Shown: piece after piece, positions 36,722 to 49,577 of the stretch | Layout of the letters: each line of letters starts with the position of its first letter | How positions within the stretch are numbered: position 1 is the stretch's first letter | NCBI GenBank assembly: GCA_951406725.2 | Contig: OX597835.1 | Coordinates: 47,368,001 to 47,432,000 of the forward strand | Reading direction: 5' to 3' | Source of the DNA: Octopus vulgaris | Taxonomy: Eukaryota | Length of the DNA: 64,000 nucleotides | Program-made: the position numbers and the translations under genes | The notes under the pieces: model-generated | The model's database searches: none | What the model was told of the DNA's origin: nothing | What the model saw: the letters and a program-made list of their open reading frames with translations, nothing else

Positions 36722-36990
36722 TTATTTATGGGTTAACCAGGCAGCTATTGGTTTCATGTTAAGAAAGGTATATCTCTTAATAATTTTCAAGTCTATAACA
36801 TGGAACATTGGTGTTCGTCTCCATTTTGAATGAAAACTAGATAAAATCATAAGCAGGAGTTTTTTTAAATCAGGGTGGTGGTGGGGGGTATAGGAAAGTA
36901 GAAGAAGTAGGAAGTGAGGTGGGATAGGTCTGTCCACCCTCGTCTTTTCCCATTCTACCCTTAAATTCTCTGGCAAAATGATGCGAGCTG
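36722..36990 (-). mobile_element. Possible PLE RT-endonuclease linker remnant
   Basis: LLSYTPHHHPDLKK...MF...PIAAWLTHK loosely resembles the PLE linker; adjacent to a hammerhead element. Confidence 0.35.
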
Positions 36991-37544
36991 TTATTTGCCG
37001 ATCTCTCTACCTTCACGAAAGAGGCCAAGTTTTACGATAAGGTTTATATGCATTCCTCTACTCGTAGCATATCCTTGAATGACATTACGACAACTGCGTG
37101 ATTCTGAACCCCCAGAAACAGCCGTCGGACTTATAATACTATACCTTCTCCCTTAGTTTTTTGTAATTTTTGTACTCCATGTATATATCTATTTATTTTA
37201 TACACGCGTGTTCATCTTCTGAATAATTTCAGTTTTGCTTATCTCTATATATCCCTATATATATTTACATGTTATATGTACCTATTTCTTTACTACCCAC
37301 AAGGGGCTAAACATAGATGGGACAAACAAGGACAGACATAGGTATTAAGTCGATTCCATCGACCCCAGTGCGTAACTGGTACTTAATTTATCGGATGAAA
37401 GGCAAAGTCGACCTCGGCGGAATGAAAGGCAAAGTCGACCTCGGCGGAATTTGAACTCACAGCGTAACGACAGACGAAATGCTAACGTTTCTGCCAGCTC
37501 GCCGCCTTCTGTATGTACATGTTATATGTACCTATGTACCTTCG

Positions 37545-38616
37545 AGCTTTCCCGCAGTTCGTCTCCTTGGCCGAACTGCAGTCGTGTACCAAACAGAGAC
37601 CGAAGCTAGGCGAATGGCACCGTGAGTGTTGCGTTGTTCCCAAGCAACTCTGCCGTCCGGGACCAAATTTGTGCGACTTCATTACAACAAAGGCGTTCTA
37701 TAGAGGATTAGTGGAGGTGAGGTGGGACGACGTTCTCGGACAGAATCTGGGCGTCAACGAGGAACACCTGACCCGCCTGTTCAGGACAACTTTCGGGCCG
37801 GGACCTATGGACAATCACCAGAGATCCCTGGCCTGGCAATGCTATCGAGAAGCATTACGTGTTCGGGATAAGCTCTACAGGCACGGTTCGAGACACACTG
37901 GACCGACTTGCCCGAGATGCGGTCAGAGCGACGAAACCGTTCTGCACGCACTCGTGCAGTGTCCAACCATTTCGGACCTGTGGGCTTATGCCGAACAGCT
38001 GCTGTCACGTGTGGGACGAGTCCGCCTGTCGGCCGAGTCTATCGTGATAATTGCTCCGTCACTTTTCTTCAACCGGGAAGGCATGGCTGTCTTTATCGTA
38101 CTGGTGGCCACGGTGAAAGAATGTGTGTGGTGGACTCGAGCGAAAGGATTAGAGACAAACACTTACCTCTCTGGCCAATCGCTCAACTTTTTCAAGTACC
38201 ACTTGAAAAGAAAGGTGAGAATGGAGAGGCAGGTTTTGTCTCGTGAATGTTTCAAAAAAGGTGGGTGAATGTAGCAAAGATGGTGCGTGCGAGTGACGAA
38301 ACCACTTTGAGCATGATCCTGTAAATCGAAAAAAGAGAGAGCACTTTGCTCTCATGTGTTTATTCCCTCCCTGCCTGAGGTTACCATGGTCTTTTCCGTA
38401 GGCTTTTCTTTCCAGGGATAAACCTAATCTTACTTTTTACACTTTTAAAATTCTTCTGTGATACACGATCCCTTTTGATCGCCCTTTTTTCCCCGATCCC
38501 TTTTGATCGGAATTTTACTTTTTTTTCTCTTTTTTCCCTTTTTCATTTTCGAAAAGAAAAGCTCTACATTCGTATTTGTCCCCTCTGTGTTCAGCCCAGT
38601 GTGGCCAATAAAGAAA
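37545..38616 (+). mobile_element. Second, shorter copy of the same Tx1 LINE family
   Basis: Protein colinear with 57363-58146; frameshift near the end; same 3' terminus followed by degenerate TCTA/TCTG repeats. Confidence 0.92.
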
Positions 38617-39072
38617 GTTGTCTATCAAGATAGCTATATCTACGTGTCTGTCCATCCGTCGTCTGTCCGTCTGTCCGTCCGTCCGCCTGTCTGTCCGTCT
38701 GTTTCTCTTTCTGTCTGTCTGTCCATCCATTTACCCATCTACCCGTCACTCCCTTTATCTACCTCCATTGTTACTATGACAACGGACCCGATAAGGTACC
38801 GCTGATCATTTTACTCCTTCAACAAGACTGTAGTCTTCACACTTACAACTTAATTCATTTGGTTGTCAAAACACTTGAAATGTCGCTTCGCTATCGATGG
38901 TGGTGGTGGTGGTGGTGGTGGTGGGGTAGTATTCACCGAAGAAACTGCAGTGAAAGTCAGCAGAAAGCAAGATCAGCGACAGCAGCAACACCCCTCCTCC
39001 TCCTCCTCCTCCTCCTCCTCCTCATCATCATCATCATCATCATCATCCTCATCATCATCATCGTCATCGACG

Positions 39073-39108
<36 letters not shown>

Positions 39109-39112
39109 CCAC

Positions 39113-39146
<34 letters not shown>

Positions 39147-39187
39147 GTCATCATCATCATCATCATCACCACCACCACCATCATCAC

Positions 39188-39288
<101 letters not shown>

Positions 39289-39302
39289 CCACCACCACCA
39301 TC

Positions 39303-39357
<55 letters not shown>

Positions 39358-39591
39358 ACGGCGACGACAACGATGACAACAACAACAACAAAAACAACAA
39401 AATACCACGACAAGAACAGCAACAACGTAGATCAGCGATAGCAAGAACAACAACGACGGGGAAAACATGGATAATCACAAACAACAACTACAAGAACGAA
39501 AACGACAGCAATAACAACAAAAGCAACAACAACGTTTGCAGGAATAACAGCAAGAGAATCAAGGACAAGTATAGAATTAACAACAACAATA

Positions 39592-39979
39592 GGGAGGAAG
39601 CACTCCGTCGGTTACGACGATGAGGGTTCCGGTTGATCCGAATCAACGGAACAGCCTGCTCGTGAAATTAACGTGTAAGTGGCTGAGCACTCCACAGACA
39701 CGTGTACCCTTAACGTAGTTCTCGGGGATATTCAGCGTGACACAGAGAGTGACAAGGCCGGCCCTTTGAAATACAGGTACAACAGAAACAGGAAGTAAGA
39801 GTGAGAGAAAGTTGTGGTGAAAGAGTACAGCAGGGATCACCACCATCCCCTGCCGGAGCCTCGTGGAGCTTTAGGTGTTTTCGCTCAATAAACACTCACA
39901 ACGCCCGGTCTGGGAATCGAAACCGCGATCCTACGACCGCGAGTCCGCTGCCCTAACCACTGGGCCATTGCGCCTCCAC
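39592..39979 (-). mobile_element. SINE family C (tRNA-derived head)
   Basis: Minus strand TGGCCCAGTGGTTAGGGCAGCGG...GGTTTCGATTCCC (A/B boxes); related heads at about 7620-7830, 28690-28770, 36245-36510, 44375-44550. Confidence 0.8.
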
Positions 39980-40139
39980 AACAACAATAACAACAACAGC
40001 AGCAACAGTAACAACATCAATAACAACAACAACAACTACAGATTAGCACCAACGATAGCCGTTAGAAAAAGTGCACGAGATGACTTCGGCCCTTCTTAGA
40101 CGCTCAATCAGCAAATAACAGCAAAGAAAATCCCCTTCA

Positions 40140-40990
40140 GTTTCTATAAACGATGGCAGGATCACGATTGGAACGCCTTTGATCATATTGTCTGTTAGTT
40201 CAGTAATATAAATAATTCCCGATAGACACAACGACAAAAATAAGTGATGGTAGGATGGCGTAGTCGGTCATATTTCTGTTTGCCTATGTTCTTATATTGA
40301 GTCGAGTTCCAGGAGGTTCATGTATTCCTGGATAGACAATGACAAAATTAAACCAAGCTAGGATCACAGTTGCAACATCTCTCATCATTTACCTGTTTAA
40401 TTCATATTCATCATCATCATCATTGTTCGACCGTGGTCGAGACAATGGAATTTACCATGCTACTCCAGACTTCACGGTCCATCATGGCATTACGGAAGTC
40501 CTGTTGTTGGATGCCTGTATCCCTGGAGATTACATCAGGGTAGGAGAGTGTGCGCCCTCTGGTATTGCGAGTAGATGGCTTCCAGAGGAGAAGAGTAGAA
40601 ATTACTTATTTTTCATATTCATAGTTGAGCCGGGGTTCAACTGGATGACTGAGACCTCAATAGAATATGAGAAAATTAAACGATGTTATGATCAAAGTAG
40701 AAACGCCTTTAATCATAAGGCTATTAGCTTATATTCACAGTTGAGTTGACTGGATGATACGGTCCTCGGTAGACTATGGCAGAAAAGACTATGGCAGAAA
40801 AGATGGTATGATCACAGCTGGAACGTCTTTGATCATATGCCTGTTAGTTCATATTCACAGTTGAGCCGAGGTTCAGTTGAATAATGTAGTCCTCGATAGA
40901 CTATGGCAGAAAAAACGAGGGTGAGGTCAATCTCGCTTTTGATTATATGTCTGTTTGCTTATATTCATAGTTGAGCCGAGGTTCAATGAC
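40140..40990. repeat. Degenerate tandem array of a ~100-120-bp unit interrupted by an RTE fragment
   Basis: Recurring TTTGATCATAT..CTGTT.G.T.ATATTCA.AGTTGAGCCGAGGTTCA and TAGACTATGGCAGAAAA. Confidence 0.75.
40412..40611 (-). mobile_element. RTE LINE 3' end with TSD
   Basis: Minus strand LLWKPSTRNTRGRTLSYPDVISRDTGIQQQDFRNAMMDREVW...stop then (TGA)n; TTCATATTCAT at 40401-40411 and 40612-40622. Confidence 0.8.
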
Positions 40991-41032
40991 AGCAACAATA
41001 ACAACAAAATCGATAGCAGCAGCAGCAGTCGC

Positions 41033-41077
<45 letters not shown>

Positions 41078-42559
41078 AGACTGCCCACAATATGGACAAA
41101 CGAGGCTGAAACCATTACGTAGCCGCTGGAATTTCTAGAAATAGCAGCCCATTCTTCCTCAAATCTGATGATATTATCCAGCTTAGAATTTAAAAAAAAA
41201 TGAAAACAATATATTATATAAACATATGGAATGGTCACGGCAGGGGCGCCACTGCCCATAGGATCTATTGGATCAGAGGCTAAACTGGGTCAAACCAACA
41301 CACCATCGCCGCGACAACTACCACCACCACCACCACCACCTATTTACAAGCACTCTATGTATGTAACCTGATAGTCAGCTGACCTTTCCCTCGTTGCCGC
41401 CATATTGTCTTTAGGCGGTTATTTGGCCCCGAGACAAAAACAAACAAAAACCTCATCGCGTCCCATCTGGTGTGTATTCTCTCCCTTAGCACTTGCTATT
41501 ATCTCTCTCATTTATCTCCCCTTCGCACACACACACACACACTCTCTCTCTCTCTCTCACACTCTCTCTCTCTCTCCCACACACACTCTCTCTCTCTCAC
41601 TCACCTTCCTTCCTTTTCTGTTCTGTCCTTTTCTTTCTCTTTCCCCATCGTTTCGCCTTTAATCTAATTCTTACCGATGTCTTACGGCAATGAAGCGGGT
41701 AGGGGGAGTGGTGCGAGGAGGTGATGTGAGCCTGAGAGAGGGGAGGAGGAGGAGGTGGAGGTGGTGGTGGTGGTGAGAGGGAGAGTGGTTCGAAGAAAAT
41801 GTTAGGGGTGGATGTGGGTGAGTTGAACATCGAAGACTTGTGAAAAAAGAAGAGAATGGAAGGTGGGGGAGACGGCGTAGTGTTATTGTAGGAGGTGGTG
41901 GTGGTGGTAGTGGTGGTGGTGATAGTGGAGGTGGTAATGGCTGTGGTGATGGTAGTAGTTGTGGTGGTGGTGGTAGTAGCAATTAGTAATAGCAGTAGTA
42001 GTAGTAGTGGTGGTACTGATGGAGGTGACAGTGGCGAGGATAATGGTAGTGGTGGTGGTGGTGGTGGGAGTGATGGTGGTAGTAGCGGCGAAGATAGTAG
42101 TGGTGGTGTTGGTGGTGGTGGTGGTAGTGATGGTGGATGGTGGAAAGTGATGGCAGAGATAGTGGTGGCGGTAGTGATTGTGGTGGTGGTGGTGGTAGTA
42201 GTGGTGGTGGTGGTGGTAGTGATTGTGGTGGTGGTAGTGGTGGTGGTGGTGGTGGTGGTAGTAGTGGTGGTAGTAGTGGCGGTAGTGATTGTAGTAGTAG
42301 CGGCGGAGATACTGGTGGTGATGGTTGTTATGGTTATTTAGCCCCAGGTCAGCCTTCATTCAGTAAACTTAAAAATCAAAAATCTTCCCTCTACTCGTAT
42401 CACCAATTCGCTTTTTCTTCAGGCAACGTCTATCTAAGACTGTATGATACAATGTGATCTTAGTTATTGTTGTCGTGATTGCTTAAGCGGTCCAATGACA
42501 AAAGGCATTCCGGCCGTGACTATCCAGTCGGTTCGTGTTTTTACATAGGTCCAGAAACT

Positions 42560-42906
42560 TGTGGTTGAGAAACTTGCCTCCCGACCATGTGGTCTTGGGT
42601 ACAGTGTCACTGCGCAGCACCTTGGGCAACAAGGGTCTTCTACCACACCTCCAGGTCGACCAAAGCCTTGCGAGTGGATTTGGAAGACGGAAACTGAGAG
42701 AAACCCGTCGTATATATATATATATATATATATATAGGCGCAGGAGTGGGTGTGTGGTAAGTAGCTTGCTAATCAACCACATGGTTCCGGGTTCAGTCCC
42801 ACTGCGTGGCATCTTGGGCAAGTGTCTTCTGCTATAACCCCAGGCCGACCAATGCCTTGTGAGTGGATTTGGTAGACGGAAACTGAAAGAAGCCTGTCGT
42901 ATATAT

Positions 42907-42946
<40 letters not shown>

Positions 42947-43150
42947 GTTTGTGTGTCTGTGTTTGTCCCCCTAGTATTGCTTGACAACCGATGCTGGTGT
43001 GTTTACGTCCCCGTCACTTAGCGGTTCGGCAAAAGAGACCGATATAATAAGTACTGGGCTTACAAAGAATAAGTCCCGGGGTCAATTTGCTCGACTAAAA
43101 AAAGGCGGTGCTCCAGCACTGAAACAAGTAAAAGAGTTAAAGAGTAAAAG
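42560..43150 (+). mobile_element. Nested SINE-A: intact copy (42737-43150) starting inside the (TA)n of an older copy (42560-42736)
   Basis: Two successive heads separated by (TA)n. Confidence 0.85.
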
Positions 43151-43709
43151 AGTATATATACATACATACATAAATACATACATACATACATACATACATA
43201 CATACATACATACATAAATACATACATACATAAATACATAAATACATACATACATACATACATACATACATACATACATACATACATACATACACACATA
43301 CATACATACATACACACATACATACATACATACATAAATACATACATACATAAATACATACATACATACATACATACATACATACATACATAAATACATA
43401 CATACATACATACATACATACATACATACATACATACATACATACATAAATACATACATACATAAATACATACATACATACATACATACATACATACATA
43501 CATACATACATACATACATACACACATACATACATACATGCACACATACATACATACATGCACACACGCACACACACACATATAGATCGATGGTACTGCA
43601 TTTAAATTGATGTAGTGATTGCATTGTTCAATTAAATGGAGCCGCTTGAAACGGTCGTACTGCATCAGTTCTTGATATCCTGATGCTTATTTTGATTATA
43701 TACGTATAT

Positions 43710-43926
43710 GCATTAATTTTACTAAATCTGGTCCTTATTCTATCGATCTCTTTTGCCGAATCTCTAATTTATGGGAACGTACACAAACCAACACCGGTTG
43801 CTAGCGGGTGGATGGGTACAAAACAAAGCAAACCCACAAACGCATACATGTATGTATACACACATACACATGTATGTATACTCACACATGCACACACATC
43901 TATGTACACATTCATACACACACACC

Positions 43927-44022
<96 letters not shown>

Positions 44023-44262
44023 AATATATATATATATATATTTACACACACATATAAATGTGTGCGGGTGTGTGTGTATGTGTGTGTACATAGATGTGTG
44101 TGCATGTGTGAGTATACATACAATGTATGCGTTTGTGTGTTTGCTTTGTTTAGTACCCATCCACCCGCTAGCAACCGGTGTTGGTTTGTGTACGTTCCCA
44201 TAAATTAGAGATTCGGCAAAAGAGATCGATAGAATAAGGACCAGATTTAGTAAGATTAATGC
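43710..44262. repeat. Inverted duplication (about 200-225-bp arms) of a SINE-A body around a CA/TA/TG microsatellite
   Basis: 43710-43935 is the reverse complement of about 44058-44262 with few differences. Confidence 0.92.
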
Positions 44263-45626
44263 TGAGGTCGATTTGTTCGACTTAACACTTCAAGGTGGTG
44301 CCCCAGCATGGCCGCAGTCCAGTGACTGAAACAAAGAAACGATAAATGATATACTGTGACCTTCTTCAAACGCCGCGCATGGTCTAGTGGTTAGCACATT
44401 GCACTTGTAATCATAAGGTTTCACGTTGCTCCACTTCACTCAGCTGTAAATGAGGTCCGGTTATAGTTGGGAAGTTAACCCTAAGTAGACTGGCGTGCTA
44501 TCCAGGGGTGGGTGAGTGTTGTATTCTCAGTCACTTATACAACATGGGAACCAGGTTATTATATCTTGAAGGATGAATGATTGGTTGTACGCAGGTTGGG
44601 GATAGCTGCATCTTCGGAATCGGGTTGCGCGTGGATGATGGACCCCATAACATCTGATGAAACCGAAAGGGTTCTGTTGACATCTGGTGTGTCTCGAATG
44701 TTTTAAACGGACGGAGCTCATCCCTTTTAAGGGCTGATGAAGAAGAAGAAGAAGAAGAAGAAGAAGAAGAAGAAGAAGAAGAAGAAGAAGAAGAAGAAGA
44801 AGAAGAAGAAGAAGAAGAAGAAGAAGAAGAAGAAGAAGAAGAAGAAGAAGAAGAAGAAGAAGCCCAGTACTACTGAAGTGATATTTTATTTGTCGGCCGA
44901 GAAAGGATGAAGGGCAAGATTGAGGTCAGCAGGATTCGAACTCAAAGCACAAAGAACCAGAGCAAATATCTCAAAGCGTTGTGTCCAACGGCCTTAAAAT
45001 TCTTCCAATTCGCTGGATTTTCTGTCTGTCCACACATTTATATATACAGAAATATATGCATAACATATGTTGTTGCATATAAGGTCTATATATGTGTGTG
45101 TATATGTATTATATGTACACACGCACACACACACACATATATATATATATACGTAGATGTATATACACAAACATAAACTCACAACCGCACACATCTATAG
45201 ACACATATTTCGTATGTACATATTTGAACGAGGCGTGCATCCGTATCTGCATGTCTGACTGTCTCTCCCCGAATATCTCACCACACCACCCCAACCCTAC
45301 GCCACTACGCCCTCCACCCACTACGCCACCATCCATCCCACCCACCCTGGCCAAACCAATAACAATAACACCATCAGTCGCTACACCACACCGCCAGTAA
45401 CTCACAGCTACGCGACCCTAACCACTGCGCCACCACACCACATTATACAAGCCCGGCAGCCTTACCTCCCCTTTCTCCGTGTCCATATTTTAGGCCGTTG
45501 CACCCTTGTTTTTGTTTTGTTTTTGTTTTGTTTCGCTGGAGGGCAGACGGCTTCCAGTTGTATAATTTAGCGGCAATCTGCAAATTAACCCCTGTCTGCA
45601 TCAATCTCATTCCCTGTTTGTTTGTT

Positions 45627-45669
<43 letters not shown>

Positions 45670-45795
45670 GTGTAAGCGCATGTATGTGTATGCATTTATG
45701 TGTACATGTATGTGTGTACACATGTATTTCCTTATGCATGTGTGTATATGAATATGTATGTATACGCGTGTGTGTATTTACGTATCTCCTCTCTC

Positions 45796-45875
<80 letters not shown>

Positions 45876-46197
45876 TGCGTCTATACATCTGTGGCATATA
45901 TGTATGTTTGTATGTGTGTCTGTGTGGGTGTATTTGTGTATAAGTATATATTATTGTATGTATGCGTGTATGTATGTATTTATGTATGTATGTCTATGTC
46001 TATTTTTCTGTACATATATATTATTTTATTTTATTACTTGTTTTAGTAATTTAACTGCGGCCATGCTGGAGCACCGCCTTTATTCGAACAAATCGATCCC
46101 AGGGCTTATTGATTGTAAGCCTAGTACTTATTCTATCGGTTCTCTTTTGCCGAACCACTAAGTAACGGGACGTAAACGCACCAAATCCATACATACA

Positions 46198-46287
<90 letters not shown>

Positions 46288-46393
46288 GGAGTAAACACAT
46301 AAAGGGCCAATCAAACAAGTCCATTTCTTTTTAAAGGTGTAGCGTTTGTAAGAGTCTAGATTGAATTGATATATCGGTTCCATTCTAGCAAAA

Positions 46394-46431
46394 ACTGTCT
46401 GATGAACGGCAACGAGAAACTCAGAGTAAGT
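46394..46431 (+). ncRNA. Hammerhead-like motif (family H3) in a ~205-bp element (46285-46490) flanked by (TA)n on both sides
   Basis: ACTGT-CTGATGA-ACG gcaa CGA-GAAA-CTCAGAG-T-A-(ac)AGT; the missing stem I partner ACAGT is present in the internal direct repeat at about 46455-46491. Confidence 0.55.
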
Positions 46432-46489
46432 CCATTTCAGAGCGTTTTTGTTGAATTCCATTCTAGCAAAAACTGTCTTAAAAGTAACA

Positions 46490-46535
<46 letters not shown>

Positions 46536-46757
46536 CTCTTTACTCTTTTACTTGTTTCAGTCATTTGACTGCGGCCATGCTGGAGCACCGCCTTTTGTCG
46601 AGCAACTCGACCCCGGGACTTATTCTCTTTGAAAGCCCAGTACTTATTCTATCGGTCTCTTTTTGCCGAACCGCTAAGTGACGGGGACGTAAACACACCA
46701 GCATCGGTTGTCAAGCAATGCTAGGGGAACAAACACAAACACACACACATATATATA

Positions 46758-47160
46758 CACGAAAGAGACCTCGATATTATGTAAATAGAGAAATTGCCAC
46801 TAGGTTAGTACAATGGTCCAATAGTATAGAAGTTGTTGACTGGTTTAAAGCCGTTAAGAATAAGAATAAAACGAGATTCACGCAATTCGATATTGTTGGT
46901 TTCTACGCCTCTATTTCTGCTGGCCCCCACCTTTGAAAACGAATTTATAGAAATCAGTACACAGGATACGGACATAATCCTCCATGCTAGAAAGACTTTA
47001 TTCTTCAGCGAGAACATAGAGTGGGTCAAGACTACCGATACAGACGGTGCTTTCGATGTGAGCATGGGGTCACATGATGGAGCAGGCGTATGCGATCTTA
47101 TTGGACTATTCCTACTCGATACGTTGGGCAAGAGTTTTACTCACGAAGTTGGTTTAGGTA
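46758..47160 (+). mobile_element. Penelope-like element reverse transcriptase fragment
   Basis: QWSNSIEVVDWFKAVKNKNKTRFTQFDIVGFYASIS / IILHARKTLFF...WVK...FDVSMGSHDGAGVCDLIGLFLL, frameshifted; begins in the microsatellite of a SINE-A. Confidence 0.85.
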
Positions 47161-48616
47161 GTTTGTTTTTCCTCAGCATTTCCATATCACTAGGTGGTCT
47201 TTCAGTTGAAATGTAGCACCTGACTTGTGCCATCGAACAATTCCTGGGTCCATAATCCGTCTGTACTGGGCCCCATTATAGAAACTGGGCATGTCATACT
47301 TGTGTGAATGAGTTTAAAGGTTTTGAATTTTTGCAATCCAGCATTCATTTTGCAAGATTCAAAATTTGGATTGGGTGTCATTCTGGAGAGGTTATCCCTG
47401 TCCCCCCCCCCACCAACTTTTTAACTGTATTACTTGCGCAGGCGTGGCTGTGTGGTAAGAAGCTGGCTTCCCAACCACGCGGTTCTAGGTTCAGTCTCTC
47501 TGCGTGGCATCTTAGGTGTTTGCTACTACAACCCCGGGCCGACCAAAGACTTGTGGGGGGATTTGAAAGACGAAAACTAACAGAAGCCAGTCATACATAC
47601 ATACATACATACATACATACATACATACATACATACATACATACATACATACATACACACATGCATACATACATAGATACATACGTATATACATACATAC
47701 ATACACACATGCATACATACATACATACATACATACATACACACACACACACGTATATGAATGGGAGACATCTAGGAGCATTGCAGAACAACTAAATGAA
47801 CATTTGAGACAATATGACGACAGAAAACAGTCCTCCATACTCTACCAAGATGCAAAAGACCAACACGGAGGCAACCGGGGTTAACTTGACATCCGCATCT
47901 TATCCAAGCACCCAAAGGACCCAACACTCAAGAGAAATACGGGAGTACGTCCTCATAAATGAAACTTTCCCAATACTATATAGGAAATATACATAGTAGA
48001 TATCATACCTCCATACCCACAGTTTACACACGTAGAGTAGAATAGTTAGTGGACTGTTAGGTAAATAAATGTATGTGTGTATGTATGTATGTGTGTGTGT
48101 GTATGTGTGCATATATATATGTGTGTGTGTGTGTGTGTGTCGATAGATATATGTATGTGTATGTGGGTGAGTGTATGAATACATATATGTATATGTACAT
48201 GTATTACTCTTTTACTCTTTCACTTGTTTCAGTCATTTGACTGCGGCCATGCTGGAGCACCGCCTTTAATCGAGCAACTCGACCCCGGGACTTATTCTTT
48301 TGTAAGCCCAGTACTTATTCTATCGGTCTCTTTTGCCGAACCGCTAAGCATATGGATATGAAAGTAAACAGATCAACATACAGACGGATAGTTACATAGG
48401 TTATAGGAACAAGCACACATACGCAAATGAAGACTGAAACACATGACCATGCATACACCCACACTTCACTTCACACAGGGACGCATATGGAAACACAGGT
48501 CCACATATAGAGATGCACATCCAGACATACAAATACTGTACATAGTTGCAAAACACACACACACAGACATGCACACACAAGGAGACAGAGGTACACACAC
48601 ACATATACAAACACAA

Positions 48617-48653
<37 letters not shown>

Positions 48654-48877
48654 CACGTACATAAAAACACACAAATACGGACATGCAAACACATGAATAT
48701 GCAGAATACATATATACAAATGTAAACACATAAATAGATACATATGCACACAATATACATGCATACATATATAGGCACACACGCACGCACGTACACCCAC
48801 AAACCCACCCACCCAAACTGATCCACACACATGTGCACAAACAAACAAAAAGTGTGGCTAACGTACAGAGTCAACGA

Positions 48878-48914
48878 CTATTGAAAAGGTTGCAAGACGC
48901 AACGAAAATTCTAG
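48878..48914 (+). ncRNA. Minimal hammerhead-like motif with U3-A8 core (family H4; element about 48860-49007)
   Basis: CTA-TTGAAAA-G-GTTGC aagac GCAAC-GAAA-AT-T-C-TAG; palindromic AAUU stem III. Confidence 0.55.
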
Positions 48915-49081
48915 AAAATAAAAATAAGAAATTAGTGGAAATTTTACCGTTGAGTGTGTTAAATTATAAGGCACCAAAAGAGAATGACTCTCCCCAGACA
49001 CAATAGTATATATATATATATATATATCATATATATGTATGTGATATTTACAAATATACACAGCCACTCCTGCGGAGTGGC

Positions 49082-49181
<100 letters not shown>

Positions 49182-49285
49182 AAATTTAAAAATAGGATAA
49201 AATCTTTATAAGAATTTATCAAGTAGTTAGCGTGAAAAACCTCTTAAGGGAAATATTTATTAATTTTTCCCTTTAAATATATTTA

Positions 49286-49411
49286 TTTATATTAAGAGTA
49301 TTACAATACATAAATGCCTCACACTAGGAAGGACTCTTAAAGTCAAAAAAGTTTTGACTTTAAGAGTCCCTCCTAGCGTGAGGCATTTATGTATAGTAAT
49401 ACCCTTAATAT

Positions 49412-49414
<3 letters not shown>
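49286..49414. repeat. Fold-back palindrome (about 63-bp arms) between (TA)n tracts
   Basis: TTTATATTAAGAGTATTACAATACATAAATGCCTCACACTAGGAAGGACTCTTAAAGTCAAAA / TTTTGACTTTAAGAGTCCCTCCTAGCGTGAGGCATTTATGTATAGTAATACCCTTAATATAAA. Confidence 0.9.
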
Positions 49415-49453
<39 letters not shown>

Positions 49454-49502
49454 TATTTATATACATATACACTATCTATATATATTATATACTGTCTGTT
49501 TG

Positions 49503-49577
<75 letters not shown>

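Noticed and set aside
37060-37135. GAAA-CAGCCG-TC-GGA and, at about 59950-59990, GAAA-CAATTCG-TC-TGTC as hammerheads
   Set aside because: The 3' halves fit but the CUGANGA core is unrecognisable; too degenerate to call.
39905-39979. tRNA gene
   Set aside because: A and B boxes present, but acceptor and anticodon stems do not pair well and it continues into a SINE body.
44555-44740. LINE 3' end preceding (GAA)n
   Set aside because: Only a faint RLGI similarity to the RTE fragment at 60.6 kb; insufficient to call.
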